This document shows positions 1 to 11,277 of a stretch of DNA of 64,000 bases, in pieces. A model generated the notes under the pieces. It was not told the DNA's origin. It was given only the letters and a program-made list of their open reading frames with translations, and did no database searches. Where the stretch lies: NCBI RefSeq assembly GCF_001194135.2, contig NC_068990.1, forward strand, positions 89,223,406 to 89,287,405. The letters run 5' to 3'. The position numbers were made by a program, and so were the translations under genes. The first letter of the stretch is position 1, and each line of letters starts with the position of its first letter. The stretch is from Octopus bimaculoides (taxonomy: Eukaryota).

Positions 1-329
1 CCCAGTCAAGTGCCTTAGGAAACAAACAATCACAGCTGGGTCTTTTCCTTTGGTCATTCTCCCATCTTAACAAAAATTATTCCTCTAGCTGTAGTGTGGA
101 TGTAACTTTAATTGAATCTCTGATCTTTAATGTCTTTTGTTGTTCTTTAAAGAAATTGTTTTATAGAATTTAATAAAAATTAGATTTTCTTTGTTTTTCT
201 TTGGTTAAGCATTAAAACTGGCAAAATGTGTCCATTACAAAAGCTGTGCCACTTAATTTAAACTTCTCAAACTCAATCTGATTCTTACGGTACTTTTGGT
301 AGTTGAATTTTGCATCCAACCAAAATAGG

Positions 330-513
330 AGCCTCTGTACGGTTGTTTGATTTGCTAGAAATAGCAGCTAAATTTCTTTAAATAACACCCTACTGCCTTA
401 AAACAGGAAGGATATTTTAGCCAACATAATCCTAGGTATACAGAAAGATGGGTTAGACAAAGCTGGAACATCTTTGATTATAGATCTACTTGATCAAGAT
501 TGACTTGGGGACT
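330..513 (+). mobile_element. SINE-like interspersed repeat, family C (core ctagaaatagcagc, tail gggctaaacaac)
   Basis: Same motif series recurs at ~9860, 16160, 22200, 24780-25450, 35050-35375, 41505 and 53240-53833. Confidence 0.7.
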
Positions 514-628
514 AAAGAAGAAGAAGGAGAAGGAGAAGAAGAAGAAAAAGAAGAAGAAGAAAAAGAAGAAGAAGGAGGAGAAGAAGAAAAAGAAGAAGAA
601 GGAGGAGAAGAAGAAGAAGAAGAAGAAG

Positions 629-658
<30 letters not shown>
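514..658. repeat. (GAA/GGA)n microsatellite
   Basis: Directly visible; explains ORFs 490..684 and 512..751. Confidence 0.97.
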
Positions 659-661
<3 letters not shown>

Positions 662-859
662 TCTCATCATTTCTGCATCACTAAAGTTTAACCATGACAC
701 ACAATGAAATAATGCTCTCATATCTGGAATGGTACTATTGCTACAGCACATACAGACATGCTAGACTGCACCCCTTCCCACCCCCAATGCCACCAGACAA
801 ATTGACCAGAAGTCATTCTCCAACACACTCCAATCTCTGTCCCTCAGGATTATGTTAGC

Positions 860-1100
860 ATTGTTCGAAAATAATTGTTTGAAACAATTATTCGAAAACA
901 ATTATTCGAAAAACATTTATTCGAATGGATAATTATATTAATGGAAATTATTCAAAAGGACAATTATATGAAATGTTAATTATTCTAAATATTTTTATTT
1001 AAACAAAAATGATAAAATTAAGAATCAAGTACACAAATGATATTTATTTCAAATAACTGCTTTTTGAATAATTGTTTTCAAACCATTGTTTTCGAACAAT
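860..1100. mobile_element. Foldback MITE-like element with ~35-bp terminal inverted repeats and internal attattcgaaaa subrepeats
   Basis: attgttcgaaaataattgtttgaaacaattattc (860-) matches the reverse complement of gaataattgttttcaaaccattgttttcgaacaat (-1100). Confidence 0.65.
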
Positions 1101-1109
1101 TTTCATGAT

Positions 1110-1400
1110 ACGGTTCCACAGACATTTTGTCTTCTCTCTCAACCTTTTCTACTCTTACTACAATGGCCTCTGCTTTTTGGACTTGATTGATCTCACACCA
1201 AATCCAGTCAGTCTCCCTTGTCTTTCCTTCTGTCATCACTCATATTGTATCTACTTCCTACTCCTGCACCAACCATTTCCCCAATTCTTTCTCCCTAAAA
1301 CATTATCTCTCTGGAATCCCCTCCCTGTTCATGTCTTTCCTTCATATGTTGACTTACAGCTGTTAGAAGTGGAACATCAACTATGTTAATCTTCAAATGC
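1110..1400 (+). mobile_element. CR1/Jockey-type LINE, 3' end of ORF2 (relic)
   Basis: Translation LFYSYYNGLC...PKTLSLWNPLPVHVFPSYVDLQ matches the FYRYYNG.C and RT..LWN.LP..VFP C-terminal motifs of CR1-type LINEs. Confidence 0.75.
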
Positions 1401-1789
1401 CTTTGAAGCTTCATATGTACAATCCCACTTCCCAAACAAATAACAAAGATTAACAAATACATAACTCAATAAATGATGGATCTACCTTGTGAGTTTAAGT
1501 CTTGGTTGTGTGTTTTCATAATGAAAGTTGTTAGTTGTTTCTGTCATGTTTTTGGCTCCAAGCAGTCTTGATCCAACAGTCATATGGTCAAACGTATTAT
1601 AGTCATAGCCATCCTATTTTATTTCCCTGATGTAGTCTATCTAGGACTACATTATCTAATGTGTGCCTCTATTTCTTTTTTCATTTTTTACATTACTTTG
1701 AGAAGGAAGGGTAAAAATCCATGACTCTTTTCAGGTCTAGTGTAGTAGTATTGAATTCCAAACCCTGTAGCTGTGAATTGAACCACACA

Positions 1790-4260
1790 GCTATGCTTAT
1801 GCCTAAGAATATGATTTTTAAGAATATTTGGTGGCTAAATCTAATACATTGAACAAATTGAATTATGATGTAGTGGCTACCTCATTGAAATCGCAAGTGA
1901 AGTGCCTATATATCAAAATTACTTTTGCTGGTGAACTCTGCCATGATAGAGTTCCTAGAAATTCCACTGTCTAGAACAATCCTTTAAGAGCAAAAGTGTT
2001 TGGTTTTATCAAGTTTCAAGTACTCTGTAGACAGTTGAGATATTTCAGTTATGCACTATATTGCTTCTGGTCAGCAGACCAATAACTGTTTAACTAAGTT
2101 TCTGAAATGAGTTGTTATTAATAAAATTATTATTGTTCTGATTATTAAATCTTCTTTAGAGATGAAATACTTTTTTTTCCTATTTACATTTACTCCATGC
2201 ACAACACTGCCATTGGCTTAATATGGCTGCCTTTACTGAAAGGCAAAGACAGCCATATTGAAGAGCTTATATTTACAATATGTATTTCACAGGAAACGTT
2301 CTCTTATCAAGGGCAGGAAATAATCAGCTACATTGAATGCTATGCTCATGCTATGGGGAGGGAAGTTTTAAACTAGATGATGTCTTTTCTTAGTTCTGCT
2401 GTTTTGTTGGGGTTGGCTCCACGTGTTCTAATTCTTCTTTGGTGCAACTTCTTATAAATGAGTCACTGTAGTGGAGTGTGGCCCAATTGAATATGTCCCT
2501 GCTGGGGGAAAGGGTGGATATGTTTCTACTTATATTACCTTGCAAGATTTTTTTAATGATTGTAGAGGGTGATGGCTGGAGTTTTTCTTTATATAAACTG
2601 TCTTTATTTGGTTTTCTGTAGTTGTGCTTACCTGTGGTAAGATCTAATGTCATGGATAAAACATTGATGATTAGTGTAGAGAACTATTTTAAAATCAAAT
2701 TTCTCAACTATGTCACTTACATCATTCCAAAATTTGTCAATGCTACAACCAATTTTGTGGAGGGAGACTATTAACTTGTACACTCTATATTATCATATAT
2801 TGGGTGGGGGCTTATTCTTTCCTTAATGGAGAAGGACAACTAGTTTGTATACTTTAAATCTACTCAAAGTTCTTTGTTTTGCCTTTTATCTCTGAAAGAG
2901 TCATAGACACATCAAAAGGTTCCTTGATTTGTTTTTTAACTCCAAAATAATCCTCATAAGGCAAGAGTAACTGCCTGCTAATCATTACATGAGTGTCAGT
3001 CTTGTTAATAATGATAATAAAGCTTTTAAAGAATTCTAAGACATTTTTGGAGAAGCAATTTAGAAATGTATCTGTGTATGTAAGAGTTCTTGCTTGATGA
3101 CGGATGCATCATGGCGCACAGAGCTGATCAGGTCCACCACTGCAGTCTAGTTTCTTCTGGTCAGTGTTATAATGAGTTGAGGGTTCTTCTAAATAGGTTG
3201 TTGGTCCTCCACAGAATAGGGGCTACCATCTTAGTTAGTCCTCCACAGAATAGGGGCTGCGATGAGCTGACATACCACAGATCACCATTAGTCTGGAACC
3301 TCCCCAGGAGACTGGCCCACCTAGGGTGGCCATACCAGGAGTGAAGCTCCAGGTAGTAATGCTCTTTCAAGTCTATGGAACATATCTGATGGACATGCTA
3401 TGCTGATTGAAAAGGCTCTGAGGGCGTTTGGTGTGGTCCCTAAATCTACAGTGTTTTTGTTTTCTATGTTGGTGAACTACTTAATTATGGCATTGCACTG
3501 TCCCCTTTTAATAATTCTCTGGTGTTTTTAATTTTTAGGCTAATGGAATTAAAGATATATTTCCTCAATGCCTTGTGTTTTTTTTTTGTTTTTTTTTTAT
3601 GGGCTGCAGTTGTTAATTTATATTTGGGATTGGACACAAAGGCATCTTTCTAGATCCTCTAATTCTTTCAAAAGCAGCATTCCTGAATCTGTTGCCTTTA
3701 TTAAAGTGAAGAAATTTGAATTCAAATCTTGAGCTGAAATATTATAACATGAATATAACATTTCAACTTTCTACTTATCAAATTAGTTCTTTCCATAAGC
3801 CTCTCCTAATTCTTAATTATTCTAACAATTAATACACAGAACCTGAATGTATTCGTGTTGCAAATCTGGTCATAAAAGGTTTACAGTAATATGTAGCTTG
3901 TACATGACAAGGCAATCCAGCTTGTCATCTATTTCTAATTTTAGGCTAATGAATTTGCTTCAAAGTTGATTATATTATCCTTTTGTAAATTTAAGTAATG
4001 TTGCCTGACATGAGTTTGGAGTGTGTTGTGCTATCAGCACTATTCAGATTATTTTTTTGCTGTTGTTTTTCTGGTAATCATGTGAATGTTGCAGGTGTCT
4101 CTGATGGATATGATGTGCTTACTAAGAAGGCTCTAAATCTTAAATATTTTATCAGGTTCATTAGGCTGGTCTTAAAGTTTTCAAGATCTTCTACCTTTAG
4201 GGTTCTGAATCTAAACTTATTACCTGCAGGTGTATTGGTGATAGTTTTCCAAAATAGGTG
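1790..4260 (-). mobile_element. Penelope-like element (Neptune type), degraded RT + GIY-YIG, interrupted at ~3050-3480
   Basis: Colinear minus-strand motifs: FRTLKVEDLENFKTSLMNLIKYLRF (4078-4317), INFEANSLA, FDVSM (~2930), TLDLTTGKHNYRKPN...IIKKI..NISRNISTLS (2390-2653), then KDII.F..P, CLTRSNIV and RHK-like end (~1800). Confidence 0.8.
3050..3480 (-). mobile_element. Possible LINE (RTE-like) 3' fragment inserted in the PLE
   Basis: GC-richer block that breaks PLE homology; only weak resemblance to the RTE C-terminus (GGPTTY). Confidence 0.3.
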
Positions 4261-4319
4261 TGTGTATGTATATATACACACACATACATACACACACACA
4301 TGCACGCATGCACGCACAC

Positions 4320-4530
4320 AAATTTTGGCACAAGGCCAGTAATTTCAGGGGAGGTGGCAAGTCAATTACATTGACCCCAGTGATGAACTGGTACATATTT
4401 TATCGACCCCAAAAAGATGAAAGGCAAAATTGATCTCAGTGGAATGTGAACTCAGAAACGTAAAGACAGACGAAATGCCACTAAGCATTCCATCTGGTAT
4501 GCTAATGATTCTGTCAGCTTGCTGCTTTTA
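4320..4530 (-). mobile_element. tRNA-derived SINE, family B (ttctgagttcaaattcc...ggggtcgataaa.taagtaccagt)
   Basis: Reverse complement of the copy at 10200-10427. Confidence 0.8.
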
Positions 4531-4989
4531 TATATATATATATATATGTTGATATACATATATACCTATAGATGGAACGTCTCTGATACCTCTTTACTTA
4601 TATCTTCAAATAACTGTTGAAGCTGTTAGTTATGGTTCAATATCCGACATGACTCCCATCTCTTTCTCACATGGATACCAATATGACTCTCCTAGATCTA
4701 ATTTTTTCTGCTCTTTTCCTTTTGTATATACATATATGGATCATCAGTGAATCATATATCTGTTAAAGAAGCACCCTCTAAATCAGGAGCAGTAAAGTAT
4801 TTATAAGAAGTTAATGATATGGCTGACAAGCTGTCTATAAGGCTAAGTGCTTTACAGATGCAAAACCATTGGTCACTCTATGACCGGCCGTATAATTAAC
4901 TTCCTATAAATGTTAAGAGCATAATAGGAAGTTCCTGCGGAACAACTCACTGAGGGCTCCAGACCAAATCTGTGGCTGGTGCAAAGCCA

Positions 4990-5110
4990 TAACCAGAGCT
5001 TTTATCTCTGTTGACAACCTTCAAGTAAGGAAGGTTTAAAAAGACATGGGATGAACTGGTGAAGACCAATCTCACGTTTCTGAGCCTCACAAAGGTGGTT
5101 ATATATGATC
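4990..5110 (+). mobile_element. RTE LINE 3' fragment
   Basis: Translates GRFKKTWDELVKTNLTFLSLTK, like the RTE C-terminal GRPRKTW.E.VK.DL motif. Confidence 0.6.
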
Positions 5111-5256
5111 ACAACAATTGGTAATATGCTGTAATAGGACCCCCCCCCACTTTCTGGGTCAGGTGGAGATGCTGCAATCACCTGAAGATCCTTCTTTGCA
5201 TCTCTCTCACTGTTCTTTTTACAGTGCTTCCCTAACCAAGAATGCTTTCATCCTCT

Positions 5257-5756
5257 GCTCTCTCTCTCTCTCTCTCTCTCTCTATTTCTCTCTCTCTCTC
5301 TTTATTTCTCTNNNNNNNNNNNNNNNNNNNNNNNNNNNNNNNNNNNNNNNNNNNNNNNNNNNNNNNNNNNNNNNNNNNNNNNNNNNNNNNNNNNNNNNNN
5401 NNNNNNNNNNNNNNNNNNNNNNNNNNNNNNNNNNNNNNNNNNNNNNNNNNNNNNNNNNNNNNNNNNNNNNNNNNNNNNNNNNNNNNNNNNNNNNNNNNNN
5501 NNNNNNNNNNNNNNNNNNNNNNNNNNNNNNNNNNNNNNNNNNNNNNNNNNNNNNNNNNNNNNNNNNNNNNNNNNNNNNNNNNNNNNNNNNNNNNNNNNNN
5601 NNNNNNNNNNNNNNNNNNNNNNNNNNNNNNNNNNNNNNNNNNNNNNNNNNNNNNNNNNNNNNNNNNNNNNNNNNNNNNNNNNNNNNNNNNNNNNNNNNNN
5701 NNNNNNNNNNNNNNNNNNNNNNNNNNNNNNNNNNNNNNNNNNNNNNNNNNNNNNNN

Positions 5757-5789
<33 letters not shown>
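5257..5789. repeat. (TC)n microsatellite spanning assembly gap 5312-5756
   Basis: Visible; 445 N. Confidence 0.97.
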
Positions 5790-5792
<3 letters not shown>

Positions 5793-6697
5793 CTTCTATG
5801 GCTCTCCATAGTAGCCTATGTAATTCTCCTCCTCCCTCCAGCCTATCTTTATCTCATTATTCTTGTTGCATCCACCCTCTACTCCCCATCTCTATGGTAC
5901 CCTCTAGCCTCCCTTTCTCTTCCTTTGCATTCACCCATTGCTCCACCCCTATTTCTCTTTCTCTCATCATCTTCTCTCCACAGTCTCCCTGCTTGGGATA
6001 CTTTCTCTGCATTCATATCCTACATTTTTCTTCTCCACCTCTATGATACATTCCACTTCTCTTTCTCTCCCTACCTCTCTGATATCCTTGAACTTCTCTC
6101 TCTCGCTGTTGGGGATGCTTTCTCTCTGCACCCATACTCTGCTCTCCCGTCCACCTCTATCATATCCTCCAGCCTCTCTTTCTATCACTGCTCTCACCCA
6201 TCACTCCTCCCTCTCTCTTTCCCCCTCACTGCATTCTCCCCACAGCTTCTCTTCCACTTCAGCACCCTCTCATCTCCTTCTTTGTTGACATCCCTTTCCC
6301 TTATACTTTTTACCTATACTCACCTTTATAACATGGAAGATCACAGGATCCTCCCAACACCCCCCTCATTACCTTTATCTTACTACTCTGTCCCTCCTTT
6401 TTTTACTAACCCCTGGCACTGATCCCTTCCTCCTTTCTTATGTCCCTTATATACTCTCTCCACTTATAGTGTATACTCCGTTATTATCTCCTCTACCAAA
6501 CTTTCACAACTATAAATCTGTTCCTTTTACTATACTTTGGTATGATGAGAGTAGGCTAAAGTGGTCTGAAGTAGCCTAAAGTAGCCTTAAGTAGTTTGGA
6601 ACAATGTGATGAGAAGTGCCTTGCTCAAGGGTGCAATGTACCATCTGTCACTTGTAATCAAGGATGTCTTAGTTGCACATGAGACATAGCAGATAGT

Positions 6698-6708
6698 GTG
6701 TGTGTGTG

Positions 6709-6751
<43 letters not shown>

Positions 6752-7119
6752 NNNNNNNNNNNNNNNNNNNNNNNNNNNNNNNNNNNNNNNNNNNNNNNNN
6801 NNNNNNNNNNNNNNNNNNNNNNNNNNNNNNNNNNNNNNNNNNNNNNNNNNNNNNNNNNNNNNNNNNNNNNNNNNNNNNNNNNNNNNNNNNNNNNNNNNNN
6901 NNNNNNNNNNNNNNNNNNNNNNNNNNNNNNNNNNNNNNNNNNNNNNNNNNNNNNNNNNNNNNNNNNNNNNNNNNNNNNNNNNNNNNNNNNNNNNNNNNNN
7001 NNNNNNNNNNNNNNNNNNNNNNNNNNNNNNNNNNNNNNNNNNNNNNNNNNNNNNNNNNNNNNNNNNNNNNNNNNNNNNNNNNNNNNNNNNNNNNNNNNNN
7101 NNNNNNNNNNNNNNNNNNN

Positions 7120-7152
<33 letters not shown>
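6698..7152. repeat. (GT)n(TA)n microsatellite spanning assembly gap 6752-7119
   Basis: Visible; 368 N. Confidence 0.97.
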
Positions 7153-7155
<3 letters not shown>

Positions 7156-7159
7156 GAAA

Positions 7160-7930
7160 TTGAAGGTCCATTACCTTAAGAGCAGAAGATATGGCACAGA
7201 AAGAGAAGAGAAACTAAAGTGTAATTATTAATAGAAAACAATATTACAGGATTATAGATAGTGATATAGAAACCTTGAAATAGCTTTGGTTGATTACAAC
7301 CTGTGATATGATTCGTCATTTCTGGATTTTAGAATATTTAGACACGATAGAAATAGAAGAAAATATTAGATAGTATCAGATAAAGTAAGAATTTGTGGAA
7401 TGGGAAACAAAAATAACTTATTCATTATTTAAGAAGTATTAACATCGATGATGGAATATTTTAGGGTGATTGCAAGTCCCTTTTGCATTTTTTTATTTTT
7501 ATTCTATTTGATAAAAATGATACCATTAATATTAGTACTATGAACAATAAAGAATGGATAGAAGCATGCAACATAAAATGAACCATGTGTTTATGGATGA
7601 TTTGAAGCTGTTTACAAAGAAGGGAGATCAAATAGATTCCTGAGTGCAAACAGTCCATGATTTTAGTAGAAGATATTGGAATGGAATTAAAAAATGTGGA
7701 GTTTTAATAATGAAACAAAGGAAGGCAGTAGAACATAACAGAATAGGTTATGGTTACTAAGTAATGAAGTTATAAAAGAGATAAGCAAAGAGGACTATAA
7801 ATACTTGGACAGAATAGAGTTAGATAAGAGAAAAGGAAGCCAGCAGGAAGGAATTAACTGACAGAATGTTTCAGTGGGTGAGAAGTGGAGATTAAATTTA
7901 AGCTGAGACAGGAAAATAAATTTCTGGTCA
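7160..7930 (+). mobile_element. R4/Dong-clade non-LTR retrotransposon, RT core relic
   Basis: Translations IALVDY, GIF*GD, MNHVFMDDLKLFTKKGDQIDS*VQTV, KCGVLIMK, DYKYL and FQWVRSGD match R4-type RT (GIFQGD, HLLFMDDLKL). Confidence 0.85.
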
Positions 7931-8099
7931 TTAACATATGGGTCATATCAAAATACTGTTTTTAAGGTATAAGGAATCCTAGAGGAGATTAGAGATGTGA
8001 TTAACTGAGATAAGAAAATTTTTTTTTAAAAACCTAAAAAAAACAAACAAATAAGCAAACACAACAATAATGACCTTACAAGGAGAATTGTATTTCCCA

Positions 8100-8560
8100 A
8101 AATGAGATTAGCAAGAACCTTCTGCAGGATTGCAGGGAGTAGGGATGGCAATCATGGCTTTTCCCAATCGAGGTTGGCTGAAGGGGATTCCCTGCCTGGT
8201 CAGTATGGAGGAAACTTACAGCCATTAGGAGAGGAAATGAGTGAAGGGTGGCTTTGTGCAGGATGGGAGAAGCAGCAGAAAAAGCCTCCTGCTAGTTATG
8301 GAGTAAGAGAGAGAGGTTAAGCTGGAAGCCAGGAGGAGATGATAAGCAGGAATTTGGCTGCTTCTACTGAGCCACCAACAGGAGGGTGTTACGGTTCAGA
8401 GTGAAAACACCCAACCGATCGTTGATGACATCAATTCCTTCTGGTCAATGCTCCCATTCACTTTGGTGAATAGAAAAGAAGCACCTTCTTCTAGGTGTTG
8501 GCAATAACATATCTTGTATAAAAAGAGGAAGAAGATAACTGGTTGAGAAAAATGTAAACA
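8100..8560 (-). mobile_element. CR1/Jockey-type APE endonuclease relic
   Basis: Weak motifs (FSIHQSEW vs FNVHH.EW; DRLG..NTL). Confidence 0.4.
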
Positions 8561-9133
8561 AGATGGGAGAAGGTTTTTTTTTTTTTTTTTTTTGAGAAGG
8601 GTTGGGGTTAACAGCTTGATTAGAGGGGAGAGTAGTACTCATAATCTTTTTCAGGGCTTATGTGACTGATGGGAGAAAGGGTTGAAGTTAGTGTCAAACC
8701 AGGGCCCTGAACTGAACACTTTTAACAGAGTGAATTCTGCTAAAAGCACCCAATGACAGATGGTGGTATTAAACATGGTGGCATGTTAGGGTTAGTCATG
8801 TAGGAAATAATGTAGAATCTCAATTGGAAGAGGTGAGGTTGGTTGGAATATAGATAAGACTAAAGGGTGTGTAAGGCCTGAAGAATTCGAGAAAAATGCC
8901 TTGAGAATAGAGAAGAAGAATTAAGAAACAGAAGAAAATACATAGAAAATTGTTTAGGTAGATGGATGAAAGATTCAATATGGTTAAACAAGGTTTGGTA
9001 TGGTTAGAGAATCAAACATAAAGTCTGAGAATGGATTTTATAGAACAGGAATAAACTCTGAAAATAAACTAAATCATTTTAGATATAATACATTTCTAAA
9101 TCTCTCATAGAGAGTTATGCAGTAGTGATACAA

Positions 9134-9519
9134 TGAAGTAGTTGTATGCTGTCAACTTAATGTGACAGTCCCCTGAAGGGAATAATACTACTGTTGGTTA
9201 GACCTAGGAAGCTGCACCACTTCCTGTTGGCCTTGACACATTTCCTGTGTCCTTATGTTTACAAGGGAGAGACAAGCACCTCCATTTAGCTAAGCCTGCA
9301 TCCAGAGACATGTTTCTGATGAAGAGAAAAGATTCAGAAACATGTCTCTGGATGCAGGCTTAGCTAAATGGAGGTGCTTGTCTCCCCCTTGTAAATATAA
9401 GGACACAGGAAATGTGTCAAGGCCGACAGGAAGCGGTGCAGCTTCCTAGGTCTAACCAACAGTAGTATTATTCCCTTCATAGGACTGTCACATTAAGTTG
9501 ACAGCATACAACTACTTCA
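9134..9519. repeat. Long inverted repeat: two 186-bp arms, 14-nt spacer, 6 mismatches
   Basis: Base-by-base comparison of 9134-9319 with the reverse complement of 9334-9519 gives 180/186 identity. Confidence 0.97.
9316..9346 (+). ncRNA. Minimal hammerhead-ribozyme-like core (possibly PLE-derived)
   Basis: CTGATGA-A-GAG-aaaaga-TTC-A-GAAA-CATG-TC: core boxes, short stem II, palindromic ACATGT helix III and GUC cleavage triplet. Stem I is displaced by a 9-nt insert. Confidence 0.45.
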
Positions 9520-9859
9520 AACTAAATCATGTTCCATAGAGATACGACCATCGAATTTCCATTGTGGAAATGTGTAGCAAAATGAGCCAACAAGGTAGTC
9601 CGTATGGGGTCACTCATCCTGCTAGAAATAGTAGGTCATTGTTTGTAAAGGCTTCTTCATTGGCTTATTGCTATTGATAATGATGGTGTTGGATGACAGT
9701 GATGATGATGATGGTGATTATTGTTGTAGAGGTTTCTTCATTGGCTTGTTGCTGTTGGGGATTGTGGTGGTGGTGGCAGCGGTAGCAGTGGTGGTGGCAG
9801 CGGTAGCGGTGGCGGTGTTAGTCATGGCAATGTAGCAGTGGTGGGGATTGTGGCTATTG

Positions 9860-10060
9860 TTTAGATTCATGTCAACCCTGGTTGAGCAGAAGTATGATCA
9901 AAGTCATTTCAGTTATGACTTCTTCATCATTTCTGCAGACACAGTGTACCTAGGACTACATTATCCAATGTGTTCTCCCTTTTTCAAAACAGTAGGCTAG
10001 AAGTTGAGATTTGGTGGCTATTTCTAGCAGATCAAATGACCACACAATCTTCTTTCTTGT
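9860..10060 (-). mobile_element. Family C SINE-like repeat
   Basis: ggctatttctagcag core on the minus strand. Confidence 0.7.
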
Positions 10061-10199
10061 AATTTATGATTATTATATTATTGTTGTTGGATTTCAGATC
10101 CCATCTCATTGAACATACCTATGAATAAAAGCCTTCCAGCCATGACTGTTCCTTTTACTTTTACATACAAGGACTACATACATTTGCCAATATTTATTC

Positions 10200-10427
10200 C
10201 CGGCAAACTGGCAGAATCATTAGCACGCCGGGCGAAGTGCTTAGCAGTATTTTGTCTGCCGTTACATTCTGAGTTCAAATTCCGCCAAGGTCAACTTTGT
10301 CTTTCATCCTTTCGGGGTCGATTAAATAAGTACCAGTTATGCCCTGGAGTCGATGTAATCAACTTAATCCCTTTGTCTGTCCTTGTTTGTCCTCTATGTT
10401 TAGCCCCCTCTGGGCAATAAAGAAATA
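10200..10427 (+). mobile_element. tRNA-derived SINE family B, well-preserved copy
   Basis: ggcaaactggcagaatcattagcacgccgggcg...ttctgagttcaaattccgcc (A/B-box-like); similar copies at 13850, 23320, 24225, 31078, 40985 and 61340. Confidence 0.85.
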
Positions 10428-10827
10428 ATTATCTATTCCCTTTTAGTAGGTTGTAATTGGAGAGAATTTGGTTGTTATTTCTAGCAGGCAAAAACGATCA
10501 TATAGAGTCTCCTTTATTGGTTCAAGGTAAAGGCATGGTAATTTGTGATGGTGAAACAAGCAAGTTCACAACTAGTAAAACCTGAAATTCTCACTATCTC
10601 TTCAGGTAGTCTGTTAAAAATGTCTCGTTAATAAGTCACACAGCTGTCACAAACCAGTTCAGGTCAGAATATTTGTTATCTAGATAAAGGATTTTTTTTT
10701 AAAATAAAACTCTCTGACTAAAATCCATTCACCCTTATATAGTTATATTTCTACCAAGTATCAAGTAATGTAATGACAGAAATGGTAAGCTGTTCACACT
10801 TAGTGTCTTTGGTTACATCCATTTATA

Positions 10828-11277
10828 GGCACAGGCATGGCTGTGTGGTAAGAAGTTTGCTTCTCAACCACATGGTTTCAAGTTCTGTCCCATTGTGTGA
10901 CACCTTGAGTAAGTGTCTTCTTTTAGAGCTACAAACCAACCAAAGCCTTGCGATTGGATTTCATGGACAGAAACTGAAAGAATTCTGCCATATATGCATA
11001 TAAATATGTGTATGTGTGTGTGTGTGTGTGTGTGTGTTAGTGTCTCTTTGTGAAGACATCATGTGATAGTTGTAAATGAGTGTTACCATCACACACATGG
11101 TGTCCTTCATTTCTATTCTTCCATAGAAAACATGTCTGACCACGGGGAAATATTACCTTACTTGGAAACAAGTAAGGGTCGGTGACAGAAAGGGCATCCA
11201 ATCAAAGAAATCCTGCCTCAGTGAATTCTCTCCAATCCATGTAAGCATAGAAAAGTGGATGTTGAGTGATGATGATT
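10828..11277 (+). mobile_element. tRNA-derived SINE family A, full length, internal microsatellite, (GAT)n tail
   Basis: ggctgtgtggtaagaag...ggtttcaagttc head; aagggcatcc...gatgatgat tail. Confidence 0.85.

Noticed and set aside
490-751. Poly-Glu and poly-Leu ORFs
   Set aside because: Translations of the (GAA)n microsatellite.
1929-1970. ctggtgaactct...agagttcctagaaa hairpin as a hammerhead
   Set aside because: Core mutated, and it lies antisense within the PLE coding relic.
4700-4750. Minus-strand CTGATGA upstream of the first PLE, as a possible hammerhead
   Set aside because: No properly placed GAAA after stem II and no stem I partner.
6540-6650. C/D snoRNA-like boxes (ATGATGA, CTGA, GTGATGA)
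   Set aside because: No box D, no terminal stem, and the 3' part is a SINE fragment.
5118-7231. Long ORFs such as 434 aa at 5118..6422
   Set aside because: Open only because of N-gaps and pyrimidine or TA repeats.
10200-10900. tRNA genes
   Set aside because: A/B-box-like sequences are SINE heads without a cloverleaf.
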